A DNA stretch of 64,000 nucleotides from IMG/VR virus record IMGVR_UViG_3300007735_000782, one strand, 5' to 3'. Shown here in pieces: positions 39,968-48,550 of this stretch. The first letter of the stretch is position 1. Every line of letters begins with the position of its first letter. Position numbers and translations under genes: made by a program. The notes beneath the pieces were generated by a model. That model ran no database searches. It was not told the DNA's origin and saw only the letters and a list, made by a program, of their open reading frames with translations. This DNA is from an uncultured virus (IMG/VR IMGVR_UViG_3300007735_000782) (lineage: Duplodnaviria > Heunggongvirae > Uroviricota > Caudoviricetes).

Positions 39968-40241
39968 GCTTTATTTGCTTCTGCAGAGCCCGTTGGCCAA
40001 CGGTTTATTAAGAATGATAGGGAATTGAAGGCCCCTATCTATTCTTGCAAGTGGGATGCCCGCCGCACGGGCTAAAGAGCTATTGCGTTCTAATCCTGCT
40101 TCACAATTTTGTATAATTTTCTTGCAGCAACTCTCCTATGGTGAGAATAATGGCATTTTTTTGTATGGGGAATAACGAAAACTGCCTTCGTCTCTTCTAA
40201 GCTATCTGCCTAGCGCTGCTCAGCTTCCCCTGAATACCATA

Positions 40242-40982
40242 TCATGCCGCACCATAGCTTGGAAGATTTACGTTAGAACTTTCAAAAAAACTAATCATCC
40301 TGGAACGACGAGAATCCGCCATATCAGGAGCCTTGCCTTCCCAAAACAAACGCCTTGAACGTTCCATCCATGCATCCTTATCTAACCATTTGTCTTCACT
40401 AGCGCCTAAATCATCAAATAACCATGCCACTGTTGCTTTACGTAATTTATCAAGGCTTGCAGAATCTTTTTCGTTTAATTCTTTAGCAATAAGGCCATGC
40501 ACTCCACAATGCACTTGCTCATCTCTTGATATATCGGCTGATACTGTTCTCATGCCAATATTACCATTAAAACGAAAAAATGGTAATGCAACAAAGAAAA
40601 TAGAACGTTCAACAATTGCCACTTTATGGATGGGGTGGGCAGGATGCTCCATCCACACTTTAAGAATGTTCTTCACTTCACTTTCAGCTTTTGCATTAGT
40701 GCCATAAGCATCAGCTACATAATTTAAAGCCTCATCATGACGTTCTTCGTCTTTTTGATTAGAACGTAAAGCTTCGATGATGCCAGGCGTAGAGGGCAGA
40801 TCACGCTGTAAGCCTTGCTCCAGCAAATCCTTTACAGGCAGTTCAATATGCCTTAAAGCAAGTGCTTTGAATAAAGTGGCTTCTGCTCCTTCTTTAACTG
40901 GTGAATTATCAACGGGCGTAGCTTGCCATGCACGTTTCTTTGAAAGCATTTGCAGATAGGGACTGCGAACAGTGGTAGTCAT
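40242..40982 (-). CDS. nrdB: Ribonucleotide reductase small (ferritin-like) subunit, cyanophage type
   Basis: Two E-x-x-H motifs ('DEERH', 'DEQVH'); adjacent to RNR large subunit. Confidence 0.8.
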   Translation of the reverse strand: MTTTVRSPYLQMLSKKRAWQATPVDNSPVKEGAEATLFKALALRHIELPVKDLLEQGLQRDLPSTPGIIEALRSNQKDEERHDEALNYVADAYGTNAKAESEVKNILKVWMEHPAHPIHKVAIVERSIFFVALPFFRFNGNIGMRTVSADISRDEQVHCGVHGLIAKELNEKDSASLDKLRKATVAWLFDDLGASEDKWLDKDAWMERSRRLFWEGKAPDMADSRRSRMISFFESSNVNLPSYGAA

Positions 40983-41025
40983 TTGTTTCTTGCGAAAGAA
41001 TAGTAATTAACAATGGAAAAGAAAA

Positions 41026-42483
41026 TTATTCGGCGCAACTACTACAAACATTAGTAGTCAATTCGCAAACAACAGTTTCCTCATTATCTTCATCGTTGGC
41101 TTCATCATTTAAACCAAACATATCTTTAAACGACTCATCTAGCGCAGCATAAGCATCATCTTTCCGCTGTGTGTCCGAAAGGACTTGCAGGGAATAATAG
41201 AGGCTTGTCTGAGATGATTCTAGCCAATCATTCAAGAAGGCACGATCATAAACAACCATATCACTCCAACTATTAAAGCTATAACCATGAAATAATCCTG
41301 ATGATTGGTACAAACTAACAATGCCATTCATTGCTTTGCAATACGCTTCCCAGCCCACTGTTTCTGCAATTTCTACATCACCATAATCAAAACTTTCCAC
41401 GCCAAATGTACCACTATCTCTATCAACAAGACGAGCGATGGGAGGAGCAATTTCAGGCGTAGCAGTAAAACCTTTCTTATCTAAATAACGATAAGAGCAA
41501 GAAGCAGTAGGAGCAATGGCAAAAGCACGTTCCATGCCATGCTTAAATGCAACATCAGCAGCTTGAATAATTGCACTGGATAAAGTGATTACAATTGCTC
41601 CCGCTTTGGTTTCTTTCCATTGATCACACCATGGCAATGAATCTTTATCTAGCCATGCTTCAAGGGCATCACCAAAATCTTTATACGATACTTCTTCTGC
41701 AGCTAAGAAATTAGCAAGGCCAAGCATACCTAGACCCACCTGCCTATCAACAATAGGAGGAAGGTACTCGCCAGTAGCACCAACTTTAGTAATTCCATGT
41801 AATTGACATAATTGTTCCATGCCATCGACAAATGCTTTTTCAATATCATTAATACCACAAGCCCCCATATTTACATGCTGTAGCAAACAAGTGCCACGAT
41901 GGGGCAAATATACTTCTAGGCAAACATTAGCATAAATGCGTTCACCATTTTCGTTATAACGAATTTTATTTAACCAAATATCTCCAGAGCTAATGCCTTT
42001 AAGCGTGGCATCAATTAGTTCAGGCGATGCAAGGTCCAAAAACAAAGGATCTACATTTAAACAACGTTTAACCCATGGCAATTCTTTTCTGGATGCAGTA
42101 ACAAAATCAATGGCATCAGGGTGAGTGTAATCAAGATGAAGAACAACAGCACCATTTTTATAAATACCACCACGACGTAATATTTCATTAAGTGTGGAAT
42201 AAATTTTACCAAAGCTAAGAGGACCACTAGCTACCAAGCCTTTGCCATTTTCATGACCTTTAGCTCGTAAATTAGAAAGATGAATGGCAACACCAGCACC
42301 ATTTCGCAGCCCATGGGATACAAACCTCCAAGACTGCTCAATGCCCTCAGGGCCTTCCATAGCATCTTCCACTACAAATACTGTGCAGCTAACTGCGAGG
42401 CGCCCCTCGGGGTCATCCAGCCAGCTTTGCACCCTGCCAGTGCGGGCAACTTTGGTGCATTGAGCGTTTTCTTTGAAATTCAT
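41026..42483 (-). CDS. nrdA: Ribonucleotide reductase large subunit, minimal cyano-sipho/podovirus type
   Basis: 'VSCTV', 'NVCLE', 'GTCLL', 'IAPTASCS', C-terminal 'CSSCAE'. Confidence 0.9.
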   Translation of the reverse strand: MNFKENAQCTKVARTGRVQSWLDDPEGRLAVSCTVFVVEDAMEGPEGIEQSWRFVSHGLRNGAGVAIHLSNLRAKGHENGKGLVASGPLSFGKIYSTLNEILRRGGIYKNGAVVLHLDYTHPDAIDFVTASRKELPWVKRCLNVDPLFLDLASPELIDATLKGISSGDIWLNKIRYNENGERIYANVCLEVYLPHRGTCLLQHVNMGACGINDIEKAFVDGMEQLCQLHGITKVGATGEYLPPIVDRQVGLGMLGLANFLAAEEVSYKDFGDALEAWLDKDSLPWCDQWKETKAGAIVITLSSAIIQAADVAFKHGMERAFAIAPTASCSYRYLDKKGFTATPEIAPPIARLVDRDSGTFGVESFDYGDVEIAETVGWEAYCKAMNGIVSLYQSSGLFHGYSFNSWSDMVVYDRAFLNDWLESSQTSLYYSLQVLSDTQRKDDAYAALDESFKDMFGLNDEANDEDNEETVVCELTTNVCSSCAE

Positions 42484-43037
42484 TTGAAACTCTTAGGGTA
42501 AAGATGGTGACCGTGGTCTTGTAAATAATCGGCCCGACTTGACTGAGCTTTGGCTAAAGCCTCTTCGGGAGTGGCAAATCCGCCTAGCGAGACATCTTTG
42601 CCGTTGATACTTATGCGAGCATAGTATCTGTTGCCGACTTTCTTAACACCTCTGCCATAAAGGGATTCACGGTTTTTCGTGTTAAGTAGTTGACCTGAGT
42701 AAGTAGCCAGTCGCAGGTTTTCGGGGTCATTATTTGACGGATTCCTGTCGATGTGATCAATGGTGTAACAACCAGGATCTTGCTGGTGATGAAGTGCCCA
42801 AACAATGCGGTGAGCGTGAAAGCGTTTCCCGTAAAAGTTCACAATGCAATGCCCCGTGTCTTTCAAGGAGCCCGCTACATCGCCTGCTTTCATTTTCCAG
42901 TGATCTACTTTCCACCTGAGTCCAGTGGGGCTGGATGGGTCAATAGATAATCTGCCGCTTAACTTGTCTAGGTCTAGTGGTAGGTACATGAGAATAGAAA
43001 GACAAACTCCGTGACGACTCACTGGAAAATCTAGCAC
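42480..43037 (-). CDS. HNH homing endonuclease with AP2-like domain
   Basis: 'HRIVW', 'IDHIDRNPSNN..ENLR', 'YYARI......LG.F.T.EEA'; ATGA-coupled to RNR. Confidence 0.88.
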   Translation of the reverse strand: MLDFPVSRHGVCLSILMYLPLDLDKLSGRLSIDPSSPTGLRWKVDHWKMKAGDVAGSLKDTGHCIVNFYGKRFHAHRIVWALHHQQDPGCYTIDHIDRNPSNNDPENLRLATYSGQLLNTKNRESLYGRGVKKVGNRYYARISINGKDVSLGGFATPEEALAKAQSSRADYLQDHGHHLYPKSFK

Positions 43038-43062
43038 TGCTTTGGGGCGGATTCATAAGACC

Positions 43063-43086
43063 AAAAAAGCCCGCGCTGGGCGGGCT
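43063..43086 (-). terminator. Rho-independent terminator
   Basis: GCCCGCCAGCGCGGGCTTTTTT on minus strand. Confidence 0.75.
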
Positions 43087-43115
43087 GCAACAACACTGCT
43101 TATCTTAGCCTGTTT

Positions 43116-43298
43116 TCAAAGCCCTTCAGGATCATTTCCGCTTTGAACGTCTTTTGCAAACAAAACCGCCTGTTCTTTACTACGAAAATAATACGGTTTT
43201 CCATTATGAGCAATAAACCACGGGAAACCAGGACGGCTATGGGCAGGCCATAACTTTATGGCGCCAATCATAAAAGGCGATGGTAAATCATCAAACAT
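43116..43298 (-). CDS. Hypothetical protein
   Basis: MFDDLPSPF... start preferred; followed by terminator. Confidence 0.55.
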   Translation of the reverse strand: MFDDLPSPFMIGAIKLWPAHSRPGFPWFIAHNGKPYYFRSKEQAVLFAKDVQSGNDPEGL

Positions 43299-43379
43299 AA
43301 GAAAACCCCTAGTGTTATTAATACTAGGGGCGATGGTGGTAAAAAATAGTAGCAAAAATTACAAAACTATTGAACCCAG

Positions 43380-43796
43380 TTACAAGTCTGTCAGAAAAAT
43401 ACTTTCAGGCAACCATTGCGCAAATAAATTATATAAAGTGCCACGAGTGCGAGAATCATCGTCAAAACCAGCTTCTTCAAACGAATTGTCCAACCACTTG
43501 TACATTGCTTGGATTATTGCATCAGTGGTGTTCGTTGAATCAGCAGTGTAAACAGAACCTTCCGTATTGCTTTCTACTAAATTAAAAATGGTTTCCCAAA
43601 TATCTTTATTAAGCCGTGCTTCGTCTTTACCAATTAAATAACCAATGGCTGCAGCTCCTGCTTTGCTTTTGGCATGTTCACAAGCAATAAAACGTTCCTT
43701 CAATTCATTGAATTTTTTAGGATCGTCCATCACATATTTTGTTGCCAGCCTCAAGAAATCATCAATTGAATTCATGGTCAAAGGAAGAACTACCAA
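43380..43796 (-). CDS. Hypothetical protein
   Basis: 138-aa ORF. Confidence 0.6.
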   Translation of the reverse strand: MVVLPLTMNSIDDFLRLATKYVMDDPKKFNELKERFIACEHAKSKAGAAAIGYLIGKDEARLNKDIWETIFNLVESNTEGSVYTADSTNTTDAIIQAMYKWLDNSFEEAGFDDDSRTRGTLYNLFAQWLPESIFLTDL

Positions 43797-44032
43797 TCAG
43801 GATAGACCACACCTGGCACAAAGTCAAGAACAGGCTCAATGGTGAAATCAATTAAATCTGCTTGGTAACCATTGTATTTATCCCTAGAAGCTTTCCATAA
43901 GCATTTATTTTGCGGGATTAAACGTTCCTTCAGTTCAATAATAACTTTACTGAAATACCGCCTTGCTGCAACACGCAAATGCCAACGTTGCGTAACGATA
44001 ATGACTGTTTCTTGTGGTTCGTAATAAACCAT
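43790..44032 (-). CDS. Hypothetical protein
   Basis: 80-aa ORF overlapping next gene. Confidence 0.5.
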   Translation of the reverse strand: MVYYEPQETVIIVTQRWHLRVAARRYFSKVIIELKERLIPQNKCLWKASRDKYNGYQADLIDFTIEPVLDFVPGVVYPDW

Positions 44033-44595
44033 TTACTTTTCTCTGACCATGGCAAAACTATAGGGCATTGCCGGAAATAACGCAAAACCTAAGAGAAATC
44101 TTAAAAAAATATAAGAGTTTTTAGCCTATTCATTGCTATCACTGGAGTCTCATTTGAGTCTCATTCGCGTCTCATGAGATTTCAATATACGATAGGTAAA
44201 GGAGATGCACATGCTTACGAGCAGTTCATTCACCTTCGCGAGCCGCTACGCGCAGGAGCCCCCAAGGCGTCCTTTCCAAGCGGCTCTGCTCCACCATCAT
44301 CCTTTCAATTACTTTTAATTAAGTAACCTCTGCTAAGGAGCCCTTACGAGCAGAGCCCCAAGCGCCTATTTTCCTAGGGCTCCTTTTTAATTATCTTTTC
44401 AATACTTTCGCGAGAGCATCAGAAGCCGCTAAAGTTGTGATCGCACAGCACTAAACTATAAAAAGATAAAAAAATCAATAAAAAGAAGAAGAAAGGACGC
44501 AATGATTGACGCTCTTTGGGAGCTACCTTCGCGATGCGTCCTAAGAGGCAAAAGGAATTCCATTGGAATTCCGCCGGAACACTTAGAGCAATGCC

Positions 44596-44609
44596 AGTAC
44601 AAGTGTTCC
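44596..44609. promoter_or_regulatory. Cyanobacterial LexA box
   Basis: AGTAC-AAGT-GTTCC matches RGTACNNNDGTWCB. Confidence 0.5.
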
Positions 44610-45085
44610 TTTGGTAAAGAAAGTGCAATTATCGAACTTTGGTGACCTCACAATGCTCGTATGGGCGCGATTGTTCGGTCAGTCGCCATTGATTTTACGC
44701 TGATGCGAGTATTTTACGAAGGTGCGAGTAAATAGTCGTAAAATTAATAAATACTTGCATTACTAATAAATGACCGTTATTAAAATTCCTGATAATTGGA
44801 ATTTTCGATGGAAAAATTGGTCGCATTTGGAAGGGGTAACCCCGACACAGACAAATTAATACAGGCGTACTACTGCTCTGTGTTAAGCTTTGCGACTGAT
44901 AAGAATTCCTAATAGATTAAAGTTATTAATATAACAGAAGGGTTGTTGTTACTTAGTGGCGTAGGGTTAGTGTTATTTTAGGGCCCTAAAATAGTGGATT
45001 TTCTCATTACCTAACCAAACTAAAGCTCTAGACGGTTAAGCCTAGAGCTGATATATATACAACCTAGGGCTCTTGGCCTAGGCTC

Positions 45086-45982
45086 CTAGGCTCCCATGCG
45101 ATCCGCTGAAAGGCAGAATGCATCCCGTTCTGCTGGCGTCCACTTGATGCCATGGGGGAGCTTAAACCTTAAGCCAATGATTTTGTAGCCGTTAGGATCG
45201 GCTGGCCGATAATCCGTTAGGTCTCCATCTTCTACGCTGAGGCTACGGTTCCCAAAATAGGCTTTACCGGGAAGCGATTTGCCTTTCTTGATGTTAAATG
45301 CTGCGGCAATGTTAACACCAGCGCTTAAGGCTTCGGTGGCAAGCTTGAAATTAGACCTATTGTTGTATCCATCAAAGCTAAAAGTTAAGTGATAACCTAA
45401 GCGCTTACATTCGGCCCAATTATGCTTTACTTTCGTATAATCATAGAAAATTACATCTTCTCCCGTATTGTCACGCATAAAGTTAAATATTTCAAAAATG
45501 TTACGCTTGCCGAGTGGTAATATGGCGCCGAACTTAATTCGGCAGAATTGAGCAAAATCAGCAGTTATTTCAAAATCTATATCTTCCCAAACTATATCAC
45601 TAGTGCCATTAAGCCTAAAGGCTAAGGGTTCGCTTGATTTTGTAAGCTTGCCTAGGATTGCCATAATTACTAGGCGGACAAACAGCTTGGGATTGGCGGC
45701 GTAGGCAAGGGTTCGCCTAACTCGGGCCTTCGCTTTGCCATTCATATAAACAGGATTACCGGCAAAGTGTAAACAGATCTTTTTACAATTACCGGCGCCA
45801 TGGCAAACATTAACCCCCGATGTATCAGCGGGAGCGAGATGTAAAATGTAGGTTTGAACTAGGCTCTTTTCAGTTTTAGGGTTGGTACTGAGTAGGGTCC
45901 GGTAAGATAGGTCGAATTCAGAGCAAAGGGCCGCCATATCAGCGGGAAGGGTTGCGCGGGAGTTAAGAACTGAGAAGGTCAT
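45086..45982 (-). CDS. Gp88-like Cys-motif (radical-SAM-like) phage protein
   Basis: 'N.KT.K', 'L.LAPA..SG.NVC....C...CL', 'RLNGTSD..W', 'FYDYTK', 'Y.LTFS', 'DGD..D.R'; start taken at MTFSV. Confidence 0.75.
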   Translation of the reverse strand: MTFSVLNSRATLPADMAALCSEFDLSYRTLLSTNPKTEKSLVQTYILHLAPADTSGVNVCHGAGNCKKICLHFAGNPVYMNGKAKARVRRTLAYAANPKLFVRLVIMAILGKLTKSSEPLAFRLNGTSDIVWEDIDFEITADFAQFCRIKFGAILPLGKRNIFEIFNFMRDNTGEDVIFYDYTKVKHNWAECKRLGYHLTFSFDGYNNRSNFKLATEALSAGVNIAAAFNIKKGKSLPGKAYFGNRSLSVEDGDLTDYRPADPNGYKIIGLRFKLPHGIKWTPAERDAFCLSADRMGA

Positions 45983-46035
45983 GATTAAGAGGGGAGGGGG
46001 GGGAAGGGGAAGGGAAGGGAGGGGAGGGGAGAGAG

Positions 46036-46191
46036 TCAGCGCCCCCAATGGACCACGCGGCAATAGTCAACCGCATGGGAAGCTTGGCAACGCTTAAACC
46101 GGGCGGCGGCGTCGCGATCGCTCCAAACCAAAGCCACAACAAAGGCGAAGCAATAAACGGGAATAGCTATGCGATGCATTAATGGGTGCAT
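46036..46191 (-). CDS. Small membrane protein with CQxxHxxxYCR motif (51 aa, not in ORF track)
   Basis: MHPLMHRIAIPVYCFAFVVALVWSDRDAAARFKRCQASHAVDYCRVVHWGR. Confidence 0.6.
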   Translation of the reverse strand: MHPLMHRIAIPVYCFAFVVALVWSDRDAAARFKRCQASHAVDYCRVVHWGR

Positions 46192-46408
46192 GATTAAACA
46201 AGCAAAGGTCGGCAGCGGATCGATTCACTGCTTGCGCCTATTGTTGCGCCTATTCTGCCAACGTCTAAAGAAAGTGGCCAGTTGCGCAACTGTCCACCGT
46301 AACGCTGCTTTGCATTGACAAAATAGCCAATGCATCATAGGGGAGCCCACAGGGGGCGAATTGTAGCTAACTATAACGGCGGAAAGTATCACCTAACGTA
46401 ATGCTAAG

Positions 46409-46546
46409 TAACATTATTAAGAAATGTTAAATAACATTATTAAGAAATATTAAGTAACATTATGAAAAAATATTAAGTAACATTATTAAGAAATGTTAAA
46501 TAACATTATTAAGAAATGTTAAATAACATTATTAAGAAATGTTAAA
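46409..46546. repeat. Six tandem 23-bp repeats TAACATTATTAAGAAATGTTAAA
   Basis: Copies at 46409, 46432, 46455, 46478, 46501, 46524; four exact, two variants. Confidence 0.95.
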
Positions 46547-46568
46547 TAATAACAACGGAAGCGTTATA

Positions 46569-46789
46569 TTAAGAAAAGGTTAAGAAAAGGTTAAGAAAAG
46601 GTTAAGTTAAGGCAAGGTTAAGAAGAGGTTAAGGTTAGGTTAAGTTAAGAAAAGGTTAAGGGAAGGTTAAGATTAGGTTAAGTTAAGGTTTGGTTAAGAA
46701 AAGGTTAAGATTAGGTTAAGAATAGTACATTTGTACTAGGTTAAGAAAAAGTTAAGGGAAGGTTAAGAAAAGGTTAAGAGAAGGTTAAG
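46569..46789 (-). repeat. Array of CTTAACCT-N3 repeats (cyanobacterial Pho-box half-sites)
   Basis: 15 exact AGGTTAAG on + strand plus variants, 11-bp period with variable 3-nt spacers. Confidence 0.85.
46723..46738. promoter_or_regulatory. Cyanobacterial LexA box inside the array
   Basis: TAGTAC-ATTT-GTACTA, symmetric match to RGTACNNNDGTWCB. Confidence 0.7.
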
Positions 46790-46805
46790 GAAAAACCAGG
46801 GCCTT

Positions 46806-46890
46806 TATACAACCCTAGCCGGACCCTATACAACCCTAGCCGGATCCAATTTATTTTCCAGCCGGACCCTATACATTCCCAGCCGGACCT
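46806..46890. repeat. Four ~21-bp repeats TATACAACCCTAGCCGGACCC
   Basis: Units at 46806, 46827, 46848, 46870 with invariant AGCCGGA core. Confidence 0.85.
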
Positions 46891-47045
46891 CACCAACCAT
46901 TTTCTGCTTGAGCCGCTTCAATGGCGGCTTCTTCATTGTCATATGGCCCGCCAATGTTTTCACCATCATCTTCATGCCAATACCAGCCTTCTATTAATTC
47001 AGTGCCCCTGCAGCATTCTGCAGTGAAATAATCAATAAGAATCAT
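46890..47045 (-). CDS. Small acidic protein (51 aa, not in ORF track)
   Basis: MILIDYFTAECCRGTELIEGWYWHEDDGENIGGPYDNEEAAIEAAQAENGW. Confidence 0.6.
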   Translation of the reverse strand: MILIDYFTAECCRGTELIEGWYWHEDDGENIGGPYDNEEAAIEAAQAENGW

Positions 47046-47175
47046 TAGTTCCTCTCAGCGGCGGACAGGGCAGAAGACGATGGGTCGAAATCATCGTCAT
47101 TATCATTTTCAAAATCATCGTCATTATCATCATAATCATCGGGATTAATGCCCCAATGGTCTAGGAAATAATCGT

Positions 47176-47484
47176 TCATGCTGCCCCTTGTAGTTTTGCT
47201 ACGGCCAGTGCAAAGGCTTTGGGAGAACGCCCACCAGGGCGCTTTAGCTCATAACCATCACTGTCAACAATGGTGGTGCCAGCACTATCTACGTGCCCTT
47301 CCAGCTCTCGCTCCCACATGCCAACGCAGCGATCATCATGAAACACTGCGATAGTGTCATCGCCATCTTCCATTGCAATGCGAGTGTGAAAGAGAATGTC
47401 TTTTAGGCGAGCAGCTTGATAACTCATTACTGTGGCCCCAAAATAAGGGCCATTATCTTGATAAGTGCGAATGGTGCAGGTCAT
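47176..47484 (-). CDS. Hypothetical early protein
   Basis: MTCTIRTYQDNGP... start preferred. Confidence 0.6.
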   Translation of the reverse strand: MTCTIRTYQDNGPYFGATVMSYQAARLKDILFHTRIAMEDGDDTIAVFHDDRCVGMWERELEGHVDSAGTTIVDSDGYELKRPGGRSPKAFALAVAKLQGAA

Positions 47485-47512
47485 GGTTTTAAAGCGATGG
47501 TAGTAAAAAAAA

Positions 47513-47710
47513 TTAATCTTGATCAATAATACGAAAATCAGGATCATTATCCTTTTTAATCCAGCGGCATTGGTTGACTTCACCATTGTCGCCTCTGATC
47601 ACAACAAATAGTTTATCGTGATGATTTTGCTCCACTATTACAGTGGTAAGCTTTTTGCCGATGCGGCTTTTGCCTTTAGGGCTAATTGCGATGATGTTGA
47701 TGGTGTCCAT
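47513..47710 (-). CDS. Hypothetical early protein
   Basis: 65-aa ORF in early-gene run. Confidence 0.6.
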   Translation of the reverse strand: MDTINIIAISPKGKSRIGKKLTTVIVEQNHHDKLFVVIRGDNGEVNQCRWIKKDNDPDFRIIDQD

Positions 47711-47821
47711 GATTAAGAGAACGAAGGAGTGCTGATCGACGGGCCTTGGCGGCCCTTAATGCTTGGGGCTTGAGCCTCCGTTTAGGAGGCTTGCCGCTGT
47801 TGTGCTGGTGGTTGGGAACAT

Positions 47822-48103
47822 TCATGCTGCTGGAGCCTCCCATTGTGCTTCCATCCAACGCTGGCGATCATCGCCATTTTCAAATAGTGCTAGGGGCTCT
47901 TCGCTGTTGGGCTTAGTGCAGAAAACCTTGCTGGTGATGATCTGGCCAGACTGTGCATTGCGGAAGCTTGCGGTCCAGAGGAAGAAGCCCATGCAGGAAG
48001 CCTCAAGGCTTACGCGACGCTCAATGCAAGCGTTGCGGTGGTCAGACCACCATTGCCCTTGCGTGGGGGTGAAGCTGGTCATGTCGAAGATAAGGCTGTT
48101 CAT
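47822..48103 (-). CDS. Hypothetical early protein
   Basis: Start MNSLIF follows the promoter-hairpin cassette at 48122. Confidence 0.6.
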   Translation of the reverse strand: MNSLIFDMTSFTPTQGQWWSDHRNACIERRVSLEASCMGFFLWTASFRNAQSGQIITSKVFCTKPNSEEPLALFENGDDRQRWMEAQWEAPAA

Positions 48104-48214
48104 GGTTTTGAAGCAATGGTGGAGAGCCTCTCGGCTCGTTGAACTAACAATAAGCTGAAAAGGCCCGGAACGGAAGCCTTTGATCAATCATTGTTGCTTA
48201 TGTTTACAAAAGGC

Positions 48215-48475
48215 TCAGCGCTGCTGGTCGCAAATGCCTGCGAGCATCTCACCAACGTATTGGTGGGCATCACGAAGCGCGTCAAGTGCTGCCTGACGCT
48301 CGGCACGAGCTTGGTGATAGGCACCGTCGGCTTGTGGGTAATAGTCGCGGCCATTCAGCGTGGCGGCAGCCAGAGCGTCGATGGCTTTATCAATGGCATC
48401 GTACGCATTGGCGTACTCATCACGCAGGGTGATAAAGCCGGTGCCGTTGAGGTGGATGGTGGGGATGGTTGCCAT
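48215..48475 (-). CDS. Hypothetical early protein
   Basis: 'PTIHLNGT', 'NGRDYYPQ'; follows promoter-hairpin cassette. Confidence 0.7.
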   Translation of the reverse strand: MATIPTIHLNGTGFITLRDEYANAYDAIDKAIDALAAATLNGRDYYPQADGAYHQARAERQAALDALRDAHQYVGEMLAGICDQQR

Positions 48476-48550
48476 GGTGAGAAAAGAAGGAGAAGCTCGC
48501 GCTTCGTTGAAACCAATATATGCGCAAAAGGTGCTTTGATACCCTTTTGT

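Noticed and set aside
39970..40240. tRNA gene
   Set aside because: No cloverleaf or T-loop GTTCRA found here or noticed elsewhere
44419..44628. 69-aa minus-strand ORF
   Set aside because: TTG start, low-complexity Phe run from an A-rich tract, within a palindrome-rich non-coding region
45983..46063. Pro-rich N-terminal extension of the gp88-like ORF
   Set aside because: It is a translation of the polypyrimidine leader and overlaps the 46036..46191 ORF; Met 45982 is more plausible
46409..46890. CRISPR array
   Set aside because: Repeats are directly tandem or have 3-nt spacers; no unique 25-45-nt spacers and no cas genes (the 58683 nuclease is a common phage exonuclease)
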